This document shows, one piece after another, positions 18,436 to 26,434 of a DNA stretch of 39,489 bases. Location: the UHGV virus genome UHGV-0206207; one strand, written 5' to 3'. The notes under the pieces were generated by a model, which searched no databases, had not been told where the DNA came from, and saw only the letters and a program-made list of their open reading frames with translations. The stretch comes from a virus. A program made the position numbers and the translations under genes. Every line of letters begins with the position of its first letter. The first letter of the stretch is position 1.

Positions 18436-19712
18436 AATATATCCCCATTCTCCTTTCTTTCCTCTTCGCTTAATTCGCGAGTTGTCTTATCCTTCAGTCT
18501 GCCGTCTTCTCCCCATGTATAGTCATGCGCGTGTTCCCCATGATTTCCATAAGGATGCTGCTTAGGATTCCCGTGTGCGGTTGTATGGATATCTTTAAAT
18601 TTTAATTTCGACTCTCCATAAAAAGCTCTTACATCTACTTTCCCGTCTTTTCCGATATGGTCTATTACCGCTCCTGCCTCTGCCATTTTAGGCGTTCCAG
18701 AATGTCCGCTGACGGTTTTATCTGCTTTTATTATACCAAACGTAGATTTCTTTTCAACCCTCTTCTTCCAAGTTTCAAAATCCATTCCATGCTTATGGTA
18801 TCCATCCAGCCACTCTCGATACTCTTTATCGTCCATATATGCTGCTGTACTGCACCGGCAACGTGGATGCATTGGATGTGCATTTTCTCCCGGCATCATT
18901 TTTGATACTTTAAAATGTTTTCCGTCCAACGATCTACAGATCGGACAGGCGGTAGGTTCTGCGATAAACTCATACTCTTCAAATCCATTGTGGATATAAG
19001 ACTGTTTCTGCGCTTCTGCCTGCACTCTCGACAGCTCCGTTATCATCAGTCGCTCTGCATTTTCCCGGCTTACTCCAAACAGTTTGGTAAGGTGTCTTGC
19101 CAGTGTTCTCGGATTCTTACCCTGTATCAAACCAGTCTGTAATAGCTTCGACAATTCAGCTTTCAGCATATCTTGATACATCCAAATACGGTCTGAGTAT
19201 CTCGCATTGTGGAAAGAAGCGTTCACGATCGAATGTGCCATCTTCGCATTGTTCTGGATGGATTTTCCAAGGATTCCTGCCTGCCGTTCAAATTCTTCGA
19301 GTGTTTTGTCTGTCAGGATCTGCTCAAAATACTTCTGTAGCTCATCAAAACCACCGACAAGATGCATTCCAATATTAGCTTTCAGCATTTCCAGCCTATT
19401 AATCTTCATTGCCGCATTATATAGCCGCATTTCCTCATTGGCTTCTTTTGAAAAATCCTTATTCTTTACATACTGCTCTGCCTTTCGACTGTACGCATCA
19501 ATGTCCATTTTAGATACCCGCTTTTTTGCCTCTGCGATTGTGATCCCTTCTGATTTTGCATATCGTGTATAGAATCCATTGATCTCTTTCTGGATTTCAT
19601 CCATCATGTTCACATAGATCTTCTCGATTTCTTTCGCGTATTCGGCTTCATCCCTGATATTCTTCTTTCGTTGTTCTTCTTCTCTATTCTTCCAATACTC
19701 CTGACTGCTCAT
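18432..19712 (-). CDS. minor head protein, SPP1 gp7 / Mu F family, with a C-terminal ~120-aa extension domain
   Basis: ACPICRSLDGKHF is the conserved Cys motif of the MuF domain. The protein lies after the portal gene. The C-terminal region (HSGTPK...HTTAHGNPKQHPYGNHGEHAHDY) is His-rich and unlike MuF. Confidence 0.8.
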   Translation of the reverse strand: MSSQEYWKNREEEQRKKNIRDEAEYAKEIEKIYVNMMDEIQKEINGFYTRYAKSEGITIAEAKKRVSKMDIDAYSRKAEQYVKNKDFSKEANEEMRLYNAAMKINRLEMLKANIGMHLVGGFDELQKYFEQILTDKTLEEFERQAGILGKSIQNNAKMAHSIVNASFHNARYSDRIWMYQDMLKAELSKLLQTGLIQGKNPRTLARHLTKLFGVSRENAERLMITELSRVQAEAQKQSYIHNGFEEYEFIAEPTACPICRSLDGKHFKVSKMMPGENAHPMHPRCRCSTAAYMDDKEYREWLDGYHKHGMDFETWKKRVEKKSTFGIIKADKTVSGHSGTPKMAEAGAVIDHIGKDGKVDVRAFYGESKLKFKDIHTTAHGNPKQHPYGNHGEHAHDYTWGEDGRLKDKTTRELSEEERKENGDIL

Positions 19713-21042
19713 CTTTCGCGCCTCCGAACATCCGCTTCTCTACGATTGTTTCCTGCTTCTTTTTGTCCTCTTTCTCCATTCGATCAATCTCCTCTGAAAC
19801 ATCCTTGACGATCGAGAGAACCTGCAGCTGTGTTTCCTTGGACACGATACTTTCAAGTGCCTGTGCTGTCTGTGCTTCTTCAAGTAAATTCTTTGGGATA
19901 TTCCTACTCATCGTAAAATCAATATCTTTCCATGCATCCCGATCTGACACATTCGTTGCAAGAGAGCAAAACAGCTTATACCGCTTTCTCATGGACTTTT
20001 CAACTTTACGGTCAAATGTTAGTGCGAGATTGCTCATGGACTGCAGTTTATACGCAAGGGATGTTCCAGAAGCATTTCCGAAAGATTCGTCAGAGATGTT
20101 CGCTACCATACTTGTCTGATAAATCAAATTTTCCAACCGGTTTAAGAGATTCTCCTGCGTTCCATCTGCTGTGGGCTTGCCGAGAAACTGTACGATAATA
20201 TCTTTTGCATTATCTGTGCCGTACAAGTTTATAATCCGGTTGTCCCTAATCTTGTAAACACCCTCTTCGTCCAGTTCGGCGCCCAGCACTGCGAGATATG
20301 CTTCTGCGAAAGAATCTACATCGTTCGCCTTTTCTCCGATCACTCGATTGTATGTTTCTACCATGCCGGCGACTTCCTCATACAGACCGATTCTCTCATC
20401 GTTCAGTACATATTCAACACAGTTGATGCGACCATATGGGTTCGGCATTCCCTCCTGCATCTTTTCTCCGTCAAATGGGATAATTTCTGTCCTTGTAAGT
20501 ATCTCGCCATACCTTGTGACATTATCGTCTTTTTTCCCATATCTGACAGCAAATAGAGCGCGGCTCTTTACGGTATCATCGTAGACAACAAACAGTTCTT
20601 TTGGATTGCAGACAACTGTCTTTGTTTTTGCTTCTTCGTCCTGGTAAAAATATTCAAATGCATGTCCGTAGATGCAGCACTTCTTCGCCAGCTCGTATTC
20701 TTGATCTGAGATATCATTATCCCGGTCAAATTCAAGGATCGCGTCTTTTATTTTTTCGTCCGGATGCGATTTTTTAACTGGAATCCCATAAGCGTATCCC
20801 AAAAAGGTCTCTGTGATATACCGTGGGAAATTCACTGCCAGTCGGTTATCCGGCTTCCATTTATCCTTTTCCGGTAAGCGGAAGACATCGTGGAATCCTT
20901 TGTACAAATTTTCAAGGTAGTTATATCTCGGCATCCGCTCTTCATGTTTTCGAATGTATTCATCCACCATTGTCATGTTAATTTCTTCGTCAGCGGAACA
21001 TAAAAGCGGTTCCGGCAACTTATATGGTCTTTTCCCATTCAT
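19684..21042 (-). CDS. portal protein
   Basis: 452 aa, directly downstream of TerL. The size and position match SPP1-type portals. Confidence 0.75.
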   Translation of the reverse strand: MNGKRPYKLPEPLLCSADEEINMTMVDEYIRKHEERMPRYNYLENLYKGFHDVFRLPEKDKWKPDNRLAVNFPRYITETFLGYAYGIPVKKSHPDEKIKDAILEFDRDNDISDQEYELAKKCCIYGHAFEYFYQDEEAKTKTVVCNPKELFVVYDDTVKSRALFAVRYGKKDDNVTRYGEILTRTEIIPFDGEKMQEGMPNPYGRINCVEYVLNDERIGLYEEVAGMVETYNRVIGEKANDVDSFAEAYLAVLGAELDEEGVYKIRDNRIINLYGTDNAKDIIVQFLGKPTADGTQENLLNRLENLIYQTSMVANISDESFGNASGTSLAYKLQSMSNLALTFDRKVEKSMRKRYKLFCSLATNVSDRDAWKDIDFTMSRNIPKNLLEEAQTAQALESIVSKETQLQVLSIVKDVSEEIDRMEKEDKKKQETIVEKRMFGGAKDEQSGVLEE

Positions 21043-21043
21043 T

Positions 21044-22306
21044 TTATATTCCTCCTCTAAAGGTCTTTAACTTCACTTTTCCTTTTCTCTCCTGCTCAAT
21101 TGAGTACCTGAGCATCGCCATCGCATCATCAAAGAAATTCACTGGCTCATCCGTGAAAGTGTTCGTTTTCTCATCCTTTTTCCATTTCCACTGCTGAATC
21201 TCCTTAGTCGTGTTTACGCAGGACGGATGAATGTGAATCGTGTGCTGCTTCAGATAATCAATCTGCGCTTTTACACTGTTCGGCTCTTTCTTGACCGGAC
21301 ATGCTCTGTATCCTGCTTTCTGCCACATCTTAATCCTGTCCGGCTCAGCAGAATCGCAATACATGGTGATTCGTTTTTGGAATTTTCCCTCAGCCAACTG
21401 TATGATCTCTGATGTATCTTTTTCAAATACATACAATTCCCGACATAAGTAGATATCTCCATCCTTGAATCCAACCTCACCGATACAGTTCGCATGGTTA
21501 AATCCAAAGTCCTGTGAATTTACCATGTAATCGAATCTTTCTGGGGATGTATCGAATTCCTCAACCACATAATTTGTAAGGATAAGACCGCCAGTTTCTC
21601 CCCATTCACCGAGTCCATAAATCCGATACCCATCCGGATCCCGCTCTTTACGCATCATCATGCGCCGATGGTACGCCTCATCAATAAAGCGGTTTTGTAA
21701 GTATGTTGACTGGTGTGTGTATACATCATCACTTTTTATGTCGAAATACTTTGCCTTCAGCCAGTGCGTTGCTGACACTGGATTAAAACTGAATGTGATC
21801 TGATAATACAAAAATGGATTGAATGACAAGTCACCTCTGAGTCGGTCATCGAGAATATCGACATCCGCTTCGTAAAGCTCCGTTGCTTCTTCAATCCATA
21901 TCCATGTTAATTTTCCGACATCAAATGTGATAGACTTTACTTTTTCTCGCTGTCCATCGTCTTTCATCCCTCGGAAAATTATTTTATTTCCAGTTACTTT
22001 AGATATCAGCTCCATTGGATTGCTTCTGATCTGCCAGAACAATCCTGCTTTATCCCCGTATATTTTATATATCGCACTCTTCAATTCTGCATAGGTACTA
22101 TCCTTGTTTGTTGTGTCTACTTTCCGGACGCACAAGAGATTTGCGCCTTTATATTTTGGGTCACCCAGTTTGATGATAAAATTCTGTGCAATGTTTACCG
22201 ACTTCCCGGATCCGGCAGAACCTTTTGCCAGTCGATACCGTTTCTTGCACTCATTAAACTCTTTGAAATTTCTGTTAAATCCAACATTAACTTGTTTCAT
22301 CACCAT
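21044..22306 (-). CDS. terminase large subunit
   Basis: Walker A motif AKGSAGSGKS near the N-terminus, ~420 aa, overlapping the end of TerS. PBSX/XtmB-like. Confidence 0.85.
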   Translation of the reverse strand: MVMKQVNVGFNRNFKEFNECKKRYRLAKGSAGSGKSVNIAQNFIIKLGDPKYKGANLLCVRKVDTTNKDSTYAELKSAIYKIYGDKAGLFWQIRSNPMELISKVTGNKIIFRGMKDDGQREKVKSITFDVGKLTWIWIEEATELYEADVDILDDRLRGDLSFNPFLYYQITFSFNPVSATHWLKAKYFDIKSDDVYTHQSTYLQNRFIDEAYHRRMMMRKERDPDGYRIYGLGEWGETGGLILTNYVVEEFDTSPERFDYMVNSQDFGFNHANCIGEVGFKDGDIYLCRELYVFEKDTSEIIQLAEGKFQKRITMYCDSAEPDRIKMWQKAGYRACPVKKEPNSVKAQIDYLKQHTIHIHPSCVNTTKEIQQWKWKKDEKTNTFTDEPVNFFDDAMAMLRYSIEQERKGKVKLKTFRGGI

Positions 22307-22856
22307 CACCGTAATCTACCACAATCTTCATGTCCATATCTCCTGCCACATCTAGCTTGTCATTCCACATACCTAAATGTCTGCCGAGAAGTTCCAGAGC
22401 CTTCACCTTGTCGCAGGGCTTCTGTTCCAATCCATCGCGCCCCTTTTTAATCGTTCCGAGGGCTCGCTGCTGTTCCTCAGTAAGGTTATCTGTAAGCTCC
22501 AATTCTACGGTCCGATACAGAATCGGTTCTCCGTCTTCTCCTACGAGCGGAATAATATTTCCATCTACTTCTGCTGTAGCCTGTTTCTCAACTACTTTCG
22601 CGTAGTCTGAAGCCTTGGAAAAAGCAATGGCAGCCAGTTCATTTAAAACTCGATCCTGCGTGATCTCCGTCCGCTTCTGCCGCTCTTCCATTCTTTCGGC
22701 AATATATTCTGCAACCTTAGCATTTCTTAGCAACTTACTTCCATTTACTGCTGCTGACTCTTCTTTCTTTACGCTTGGATATGCGACGCGGTAAGCCCGT
22801 GTGGCATTTAGATCAATCAAGTACTCATCTGCAAATATTTTCTGTTTTTCTGTCAT
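22287..22856 (-). CDS. terminase small subunit; probable start at MTEKQKIF, with AGGTGGTGA as RBS
   Basis: KIFADEYLIDLNATRAYRVAYPS is the classic N-terminal HTH region of a Terminase_2-type small subunit. Confidence 0.8.
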   Translation of the reverse strand: MTEKQKIFADEYLIDLNATRAYRVAYPSVKKEESAAVNGSKLLRNAKVAEYIAERMEERQKRTEITQDRVLNELAAIAFSKASDYAKVVEKQATAEVDGNIIPLVGEDGEPILYRTVELELTDNLTEEQQRALGTIKKGRDGLEQKPCDKVKALELLGRHLGMWNDKLDVAGDMDMKIVVDYGDGDETS

Positions 22857-22888
22857 AGGACTCACCACCTTCCATTCTGTTCTATTCT

Positions 22889-22932
22889 GCATAAAAATAA
22901 CTATACACCTTAATCTATAGGCATATAGTTAT
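22889..22932 (-). terminator. weak AT-rich hairpin terminator after the 161-aa cassette gene
   Basis: ATAACTATA-18nt-TATAGTTAT stem followed by TTTTTATGC on the minus strand. The stem is AT-rich, so termination is probably partial. Confidence 0.4.
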
Positions 22933-22947
22933 CGTCAATTCATGTCG

Positions 22948-23433
22948 TTATAATGTTATCTTCATCATTCCGCAATAATCCTCAAATGGGAATTTTATAT
23001 TATACTCCTTGGCAATTTTCATTGCTCTTCGAATAATATTTTCCTTCTCCTTATTCGAATATCCATTTAGTTTAACCACTTCATTTAGATATATTGCCGT
23101 CATAAGTACGGCAAATGCGTCTGCGTCTATCTCAGATATCTGCGACCTATATTCTTCTAGGCTCACTATTCCAACTTCTTTATACTTTGAATAATAAAAA
23201 TCAGAATCCGTTACCCATTGCCATTTATGTCTGACTTCATGAGCAATGTCATAATACGCATCTCTAGTTCTTGCTTCCACGCCTATATAAACAGTGTCAG
23301 TTTCAGGATCGTACCATGAACTCCCATAGCCTCCGTGTTCTTTGTACCTTATACTTGGGGTAGTAATGTGTAAAAATTTCGAAACTTCTCTTGCGAATTC
23401 CACCAATTTCTCAACTTGTTCTTTCTCTTCCAT
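22948..23433 (-). CDS. small HExxH putative zinc metallopeptidase (moron)
   Basis: 161 aa containing IAHEVRHKWQ (HExxH). It is an AT-rich gene with its own sigma-70-like promoter and a downstream hairpin. GGAGGAAAAACGC is the RBS. Confidence 0.55.
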   Translation of the reverse strand: MEEKEQVEKLVEFAREVSKFLHITTPSIRYKEHGGYGSSWYDPETDTVYIGVEARTRDAYYDIAHEVRHKWQWVTDSDFYYSKYKEVGIVSLEEYRSQISEIDADAFAVLMTAIYLNEVVKLNGYSNKEKENIIRRAMKIAKEYNIKFPFEDYCGMMKITL

Positions 23434-23477
23434 GCGTTTTTCCTCCTCATCCTGCGCCTAACAATTACCACGCATAT

Positions 23478-23506
23478 ATTTTACAATGCCCCCTATTCTC
23501 TTTCAA
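23478..23506 (-). promoter_or_regulatory. sigma-70-like promoter (TTGAAA-17-TAAAAT) for the 161-aa gene
   Basis: The hexamers and the 17-nt spacer were read directly on the minus strand. The promoter lies about 45 nt upstream of the start codon. Confidence 0.5.
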
Positions 23507-23635
23507 GCAAAAGCACCCATCTCTGGATGCTAAGAATTTAGGACTACTGCTATGAAAATTACAAACGCCAACAAAAACCAAAATAACCAAGTACACAAAC
23601 AATTTATAAGAAAAGGAGCTTGCAGTAGTCCACAA

Positions 23636-23708
23636 CGGGTATAGTAGGACTCGAACCTACGACACATCGGTTAACAGCCGATTGCTCTACCAACTGAGCT
23701 ATACACCC
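23636..23708 (-). tRNA. tRNA-Asn (anticodon GTT)
   Basis: Minus-strand sequence GGGTGTATAGCTCAGTTGGTAGAGCAATCGGCTGTTAACCGATGTGTCGTAGGTTCGAGTCCTACTATACCCG folds as a 73-nt cloverleaf. It has a 7-bp acceptor stem, GCTC/GAGC D-stem, ATCGG/CCGAT anticodon stem with loop CTGTTAA, GTAGG/CCTAC T-stem with TTCGAGT loop, and discriminator G. CCA is not encoded. Confidence 0.85.
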
Positions 23709-23906
23709 ACAGGATGCCGTCTGACATCCTTTACCCTATCCGCGCTCGGGTGCGCTGATTACACTAAATATAGACATATTGTCTACTTGTTTGTTCTGGC
23801 AGATCTGCGGATATCTGCGTTTTGGTACCATTTGCGATGTAAAGCCGGTGTGCACTCCCTACAGCACCCCCCCCCAGCTGGTAAGCCGCAAACCTTACAT
23901 CACAAA

Positions 23907-23950
23907 ACCGTGTGTAGGAATCGAACCTGCTTGTCCCAACTGACCACGGT
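23907..23950 (-). pseudogene. tRNA-like fragment with acceptor, D-like and T arms but no anticodon arm
   Basis: Minus strand ACCGTGG-TCAGTTGGGACAAGC-AGG-TTCGATT-CCTAC-ACACGGT. It has a GGTTCGATTCC T-loop and a 6-bp acceptor-like stem but is only 44 nt long. Confidence 0.4.
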
Positions 23951-23976
23951 ATAAGAAAAAGCACCCCGAAAGGTGC
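23951..23976 (-). terminator. rho-independent terminator of the 202-aa cassette gene
   Basis: GCACC-TTTCGG-GGTGC hairpin followed by TTTTTCTTAT on the minus strand, ~20 nt after the stop codon. Confidence 0.7.
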
Positions 23977-23994
23977 CTTCTCTCTATTTTAAAT

Positions 23995-24603
23995 CTATAC
24001 TAGAATTCCCATGTTTCCATTTTCTCTTGTACGTAAAGCGAAGTCACCACCAATTCTTGTCGTAACTTCCCATCCTTTCATTTTAAACAATCTCGATTTT
24101 ATTTCTGGCTCATTTATCGTGTTCCCCTCACACACTTTTTTACACAAAAATCTATTTAACATATATAGTCCTGCAAGCGCATTAAAAACATTTTCTAAAT
24201 TTGCCTTCTTTTGATTATCGCTATCTAATCTATCGTGTTTAACGCTATTATAGGCTCTCCACCATCTTGGACTATCATTACTTGTCCATCCTCTAAACGG
24301 TTCGGATTCTTCTCCAGTATATTCATATATCACTTTTTCACTTGTAAAATTTTCATAATTGCAAAGCACCTCTGCATAAGTTGAAATGTTATTTCTAGGT
24401 TGATTCGGTGCGATATTCTTACATAGCTCTTTACATACAATATCTACTTCAGAACCAATCGCCAATAATTGTTTTGCATATTCTTTTGAATATGTGGAAA
24501 AATTATCTTCACTAAATTCAACAAAGCCTAATGTGTTATAAAAATCATTTTCTAATTGTAAATAAAACATCCAAATATTTGTATTATACTCCTGTATTGT
24601 CAT
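23995..24603 (-). CDS. hypothetical protein (moron); probable start at MTIQEYNT, giving 202 aa; speculative HEPN-like motif
   Basis: AT-rich ORF with its own TATAAT promoter, a GGGGGGAA RBS and its own terminator. RAYNSVKH near the C-terminal third fits Rx4-6H only loosely. Confidence 0.6.
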   Translation of the reverse strand: MTIQEYNTNIWMFYLQLENDFYNTLGFVEFSEDNFSTYSKEYAKQLLAIGSEVDIVCKELCKNIAPNQPRNNISTYAEVLCNYENFTSEKVIYEYTGEESEPFRGWTSNDSPRWWRAYNSVKHDRLDSDNQKKANLENVFNALAGLYMLNRFLCKKVCEGNTINEPEIKSRLFKMKGWEVTTRIGGDFALRTRENGNMGILV

Positions 24604-24605
24604 AA

Positions 24606-24640
24606 CTAAATTCCCCCCAATGTGTTTTTCTTTTATTATA
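24606..24640 (-). promoter_or_regulatory. promoter and RBS of the moron gene (-10 TATAAT at 24635-24640)
   Basis: A consensus -10 hexamer lies ~30 nt upstream of the ATG. The -35 is not convincing, and the region is AT-rich. Confidence 0.4.
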
Positions 24641-24664
24641 CACCATTTTCGCAATATATTCTAT

Positions 24665-24696
24665 ACCAAAAACGCCCTCAAACCGGGGGCGCTTTT
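24665..24696. terminator. terminator after the ArpU-like gene, bidirectional
   Basis: CGCCC-9nt-GGGCG stem followed by TTTTTGG on the minus strand and CTTTTAC on the plus strand. Confidence 0.65.
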
Positions 24697-24780
24697 ACAA
24701 CATATAGATTCCTGGGGGAAACAATCAGAACATTATCCTAATAATTCTAGAATAATTATATCATAAGTAAAATATAAATG

Positions 24781-25203
24781 CTATAAATCTTTAAGCTGTC
24801 CGCTTATAATCTGCGATACTCGCGCCTGGGTATATCCAATTTCATCTGCGACTTTTTGTTGGGTTTTCCCCTCAAGATAGTGCAACTCGAATATCTCCTT
24901 AATCTCCGGATCGCCAATCCCATTTATGTAGTCTTCGACTTCTTCTTGCTCTTTCAGGATCCGCAGCCTGTCCGCTTCTTTTCGCCTAATCTGCTGTCTT
25001 ACATTCTCGTCTTCGTAAGGATCATACATCTGGACTGATGTTCGCACTTCCGTGTATGGGAAATCTGCACTGGATCCTGTTACTTTCCCCATAACAACAG
25101 TTGGTTCCCGTTCGCAAAGTTCTTGTGTCCTCTCCTCTATTCGGATTAACCTGTCTTTGTTCGGCTTATACTTTTTTAAAGTTTTCTTGTCCACTGGAAA
25201 CAC
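24781..25203 (-). CDS. ArpU-family / sigma-70 region-4-like late transcriptional regulator
   Basis: 140 aa. The C-terminus ELHYLEGKTQQKVADEIGYTQARVSQIISGQLKDL is a sigma-factor region-4 HTH. Its size and its position upstream of the packaging genes are typical of ArpU-like late activators. Confidence 0.7.
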   Translation of the reverse strand: MFPVDKKTLKKYKPNKDRLIRIEERTQELCEREPTVVMGKVTGSSADFPYTEVRTSVQMYDPYEDENVRQQIRRKEADRLRILKEQEEVEDYINGIGDPEIKEIFELHYLEGKTQQKVADEIGYTQARVSQIISGQLKDL

Positions 25204-25378
25204 TCCCTTTCGTATCTACTCCCCATTTTCTTAAGCAGTCCTCTACTGAGTACGCACCTCTTTGCATCCACTTTTTGGCATTCTCTGTTGGTTCATGTTC
25301 GGCCAGATCTGCAAAGTGATCATCACGGTCTTGCTTCATCTCTTTCTTTCCGCGCCGGTGCTTTAAGGTTCCTCTCAT
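25166..25378 (-). CDS. hypothetical small basic protein
   Basis: 70-aa ORF in the early operon that overlaps its neighbours. Confidence 0.4.
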   Translation of the reverse strand: MRGTLKHRRGKKEMKQDRDDHFADLAEHEPTENAKKWMQRGAYSVEDCLRKWGVDTKGSVSSGQENFKKV

Positions 25379-25563
25379 ACCTGTATCACCTCCATAATCT
25401 CCGCACTATCCAAAAACACCACAAGCGGAAAAAATACTGCCATTAAATAATCTGACTTTTCCAACTCGACTTCTTCCAATCCGGTCTCCTTAAATGCTAT
25501 GACCGCTCCAAGCCCCAATATGTAGTAAAGGGTCAAGAATGCGATTGTGATTAAAATGTCCAT
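25375..25563 (-). CDS. small membrane protein
   Basis: 62 aa with two hydrophobic helices. Confidence 0.45.
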   Translation of the reverse strand: MDILITIAFLTLYYILGLGAVIAFKETGLEEVELEKSDYLMAVFFPLVVFLDSAEIMEVIQV

Positions 25564-25564
25564 G

Positions 25565-25780
25565 TTATTTCTCCTTGTTAGCTTTAAATAATCCGCAGCT
25601 GCTTACATTGTGGTGAATGTATCCTCTTCCACTTACTCTTTCTTCTTTCCACGGCTCCAGATATACGATGTTTCCACCCATGCCACAGATTCCCCATCTG
25701 ACTCCATTTCTCAACGTCTCCTTTGGCTTACACTTCGGGCAATCTGGGCAATCAAGGTATTCTTTATCCCATATTCTCAT
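25565..25780 (-). CDS. small Cys-rich (zinc-binding?) protein
   Basis: 71 aa carrying CPDCPKCKP...C...HH...C. Confidence 0.45.
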   Translation of the reverse strand: MRIWDKEYLDCPDCPKCKPKETLRNGVRWGICGMGGNIVYLEPWKEERVSGRGYIHHNVSSCGLFKANKEK

Positions 25781-26267
25781 TGACTTCCTCCTTGTATGGT
25801 TCTGGCTGTTCTATCGGCAGCCATGCTGTTACGACATCATATATCATCTCTTTGTCTGTTTCAAATTCTTTTACACAGGTGTTTTCCGAATGTTGCTCGT
25901 CATAGAATTTCCATTCTCCTGTTCTGCTCAGATATCCATCATACACATTGTATTCTTCCGGATGGTATGTCTTTTCTTCTTCTGGAACCCAGTCTGAATC
26001 GTAGTCTTCAATCCATTCGGATGAGTGTACGGTAACTTTTACCATCTTCCCGACTTCCGGCAATTTCTCACTCACCGGAATCCAACCGTCATTATTATCC
26101 TGAACATCGTCCATGTGGGAACGGATGATTTCTTCGATTTCGGTTACCATTCCCGTAGCACCTAATGCAAATAATACTTCATGTCCAACTACAAACTTTT
26201 TCTCGACTTCTTTCATCTCTTCCAAAATCTTTTCTAATACCTGCATATTCCTACTCTCCTGTTCCAT
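25764..26267 (-). CDS. acidic phage protein, DUF551-like
   Basis: 167 aa. DGWIPVSEKLPEVGKMVKV resembles the conserved WI.V...LPE core of DUF551 phage proteins. The protein is strongly acidic. Confidence 0.45.
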   Translation of the reverse strand: MEQESRNMQVLEKILEEMKEVEKKFVVGHEVLFALGATGMVTEIEEIIRSHMDDVQDNNDGWIPVSEKLPEVGKMVKVTVHSSEWIEDYDSDWVPEEEKTYHPEEYNVYDGYLSRTGEWKFYDEQHSENTCVKEFETDKEMIYDVVTAWLPIEQPEPYKEEVNENMG

Positions 26268-26434
26268 ATTTTCCTAAAACATTCAGTGTGAAAAAAAACA
26301 TCCGTTGCCCTCTTTGTCCTCACATACTGGATACGACTCATATCATCCGATTCCCTGATGGCCTGTCCGCATCCCGGGCATAACACCTCACTGAAATGTT
26401 TATTTAATGCCTTTTTCTTTGCCTGATCTGTCAA
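26234..26434 (-). CDS. small C2HC zinc-finger protein
   Basis: 66 aa carrying CPGCGQ...HTEC. Confidence 0.45.
   Translation of the reverse strand: MTDQAKKKALNKHFSEVLCPGCGQAIRESDDMSRIQYVRTKRATDVFFHTECFRKIWNRRVGICRY

Noticed and set aside
23682-23964. ORFs 23682..23954 (plus) and 23764..23964 (minus) over the tRNA region
   Set aside because: They overlap a tRNA, a terminator and hairpin-rich non-coding sequence. They have no RBS and low-complexity products.
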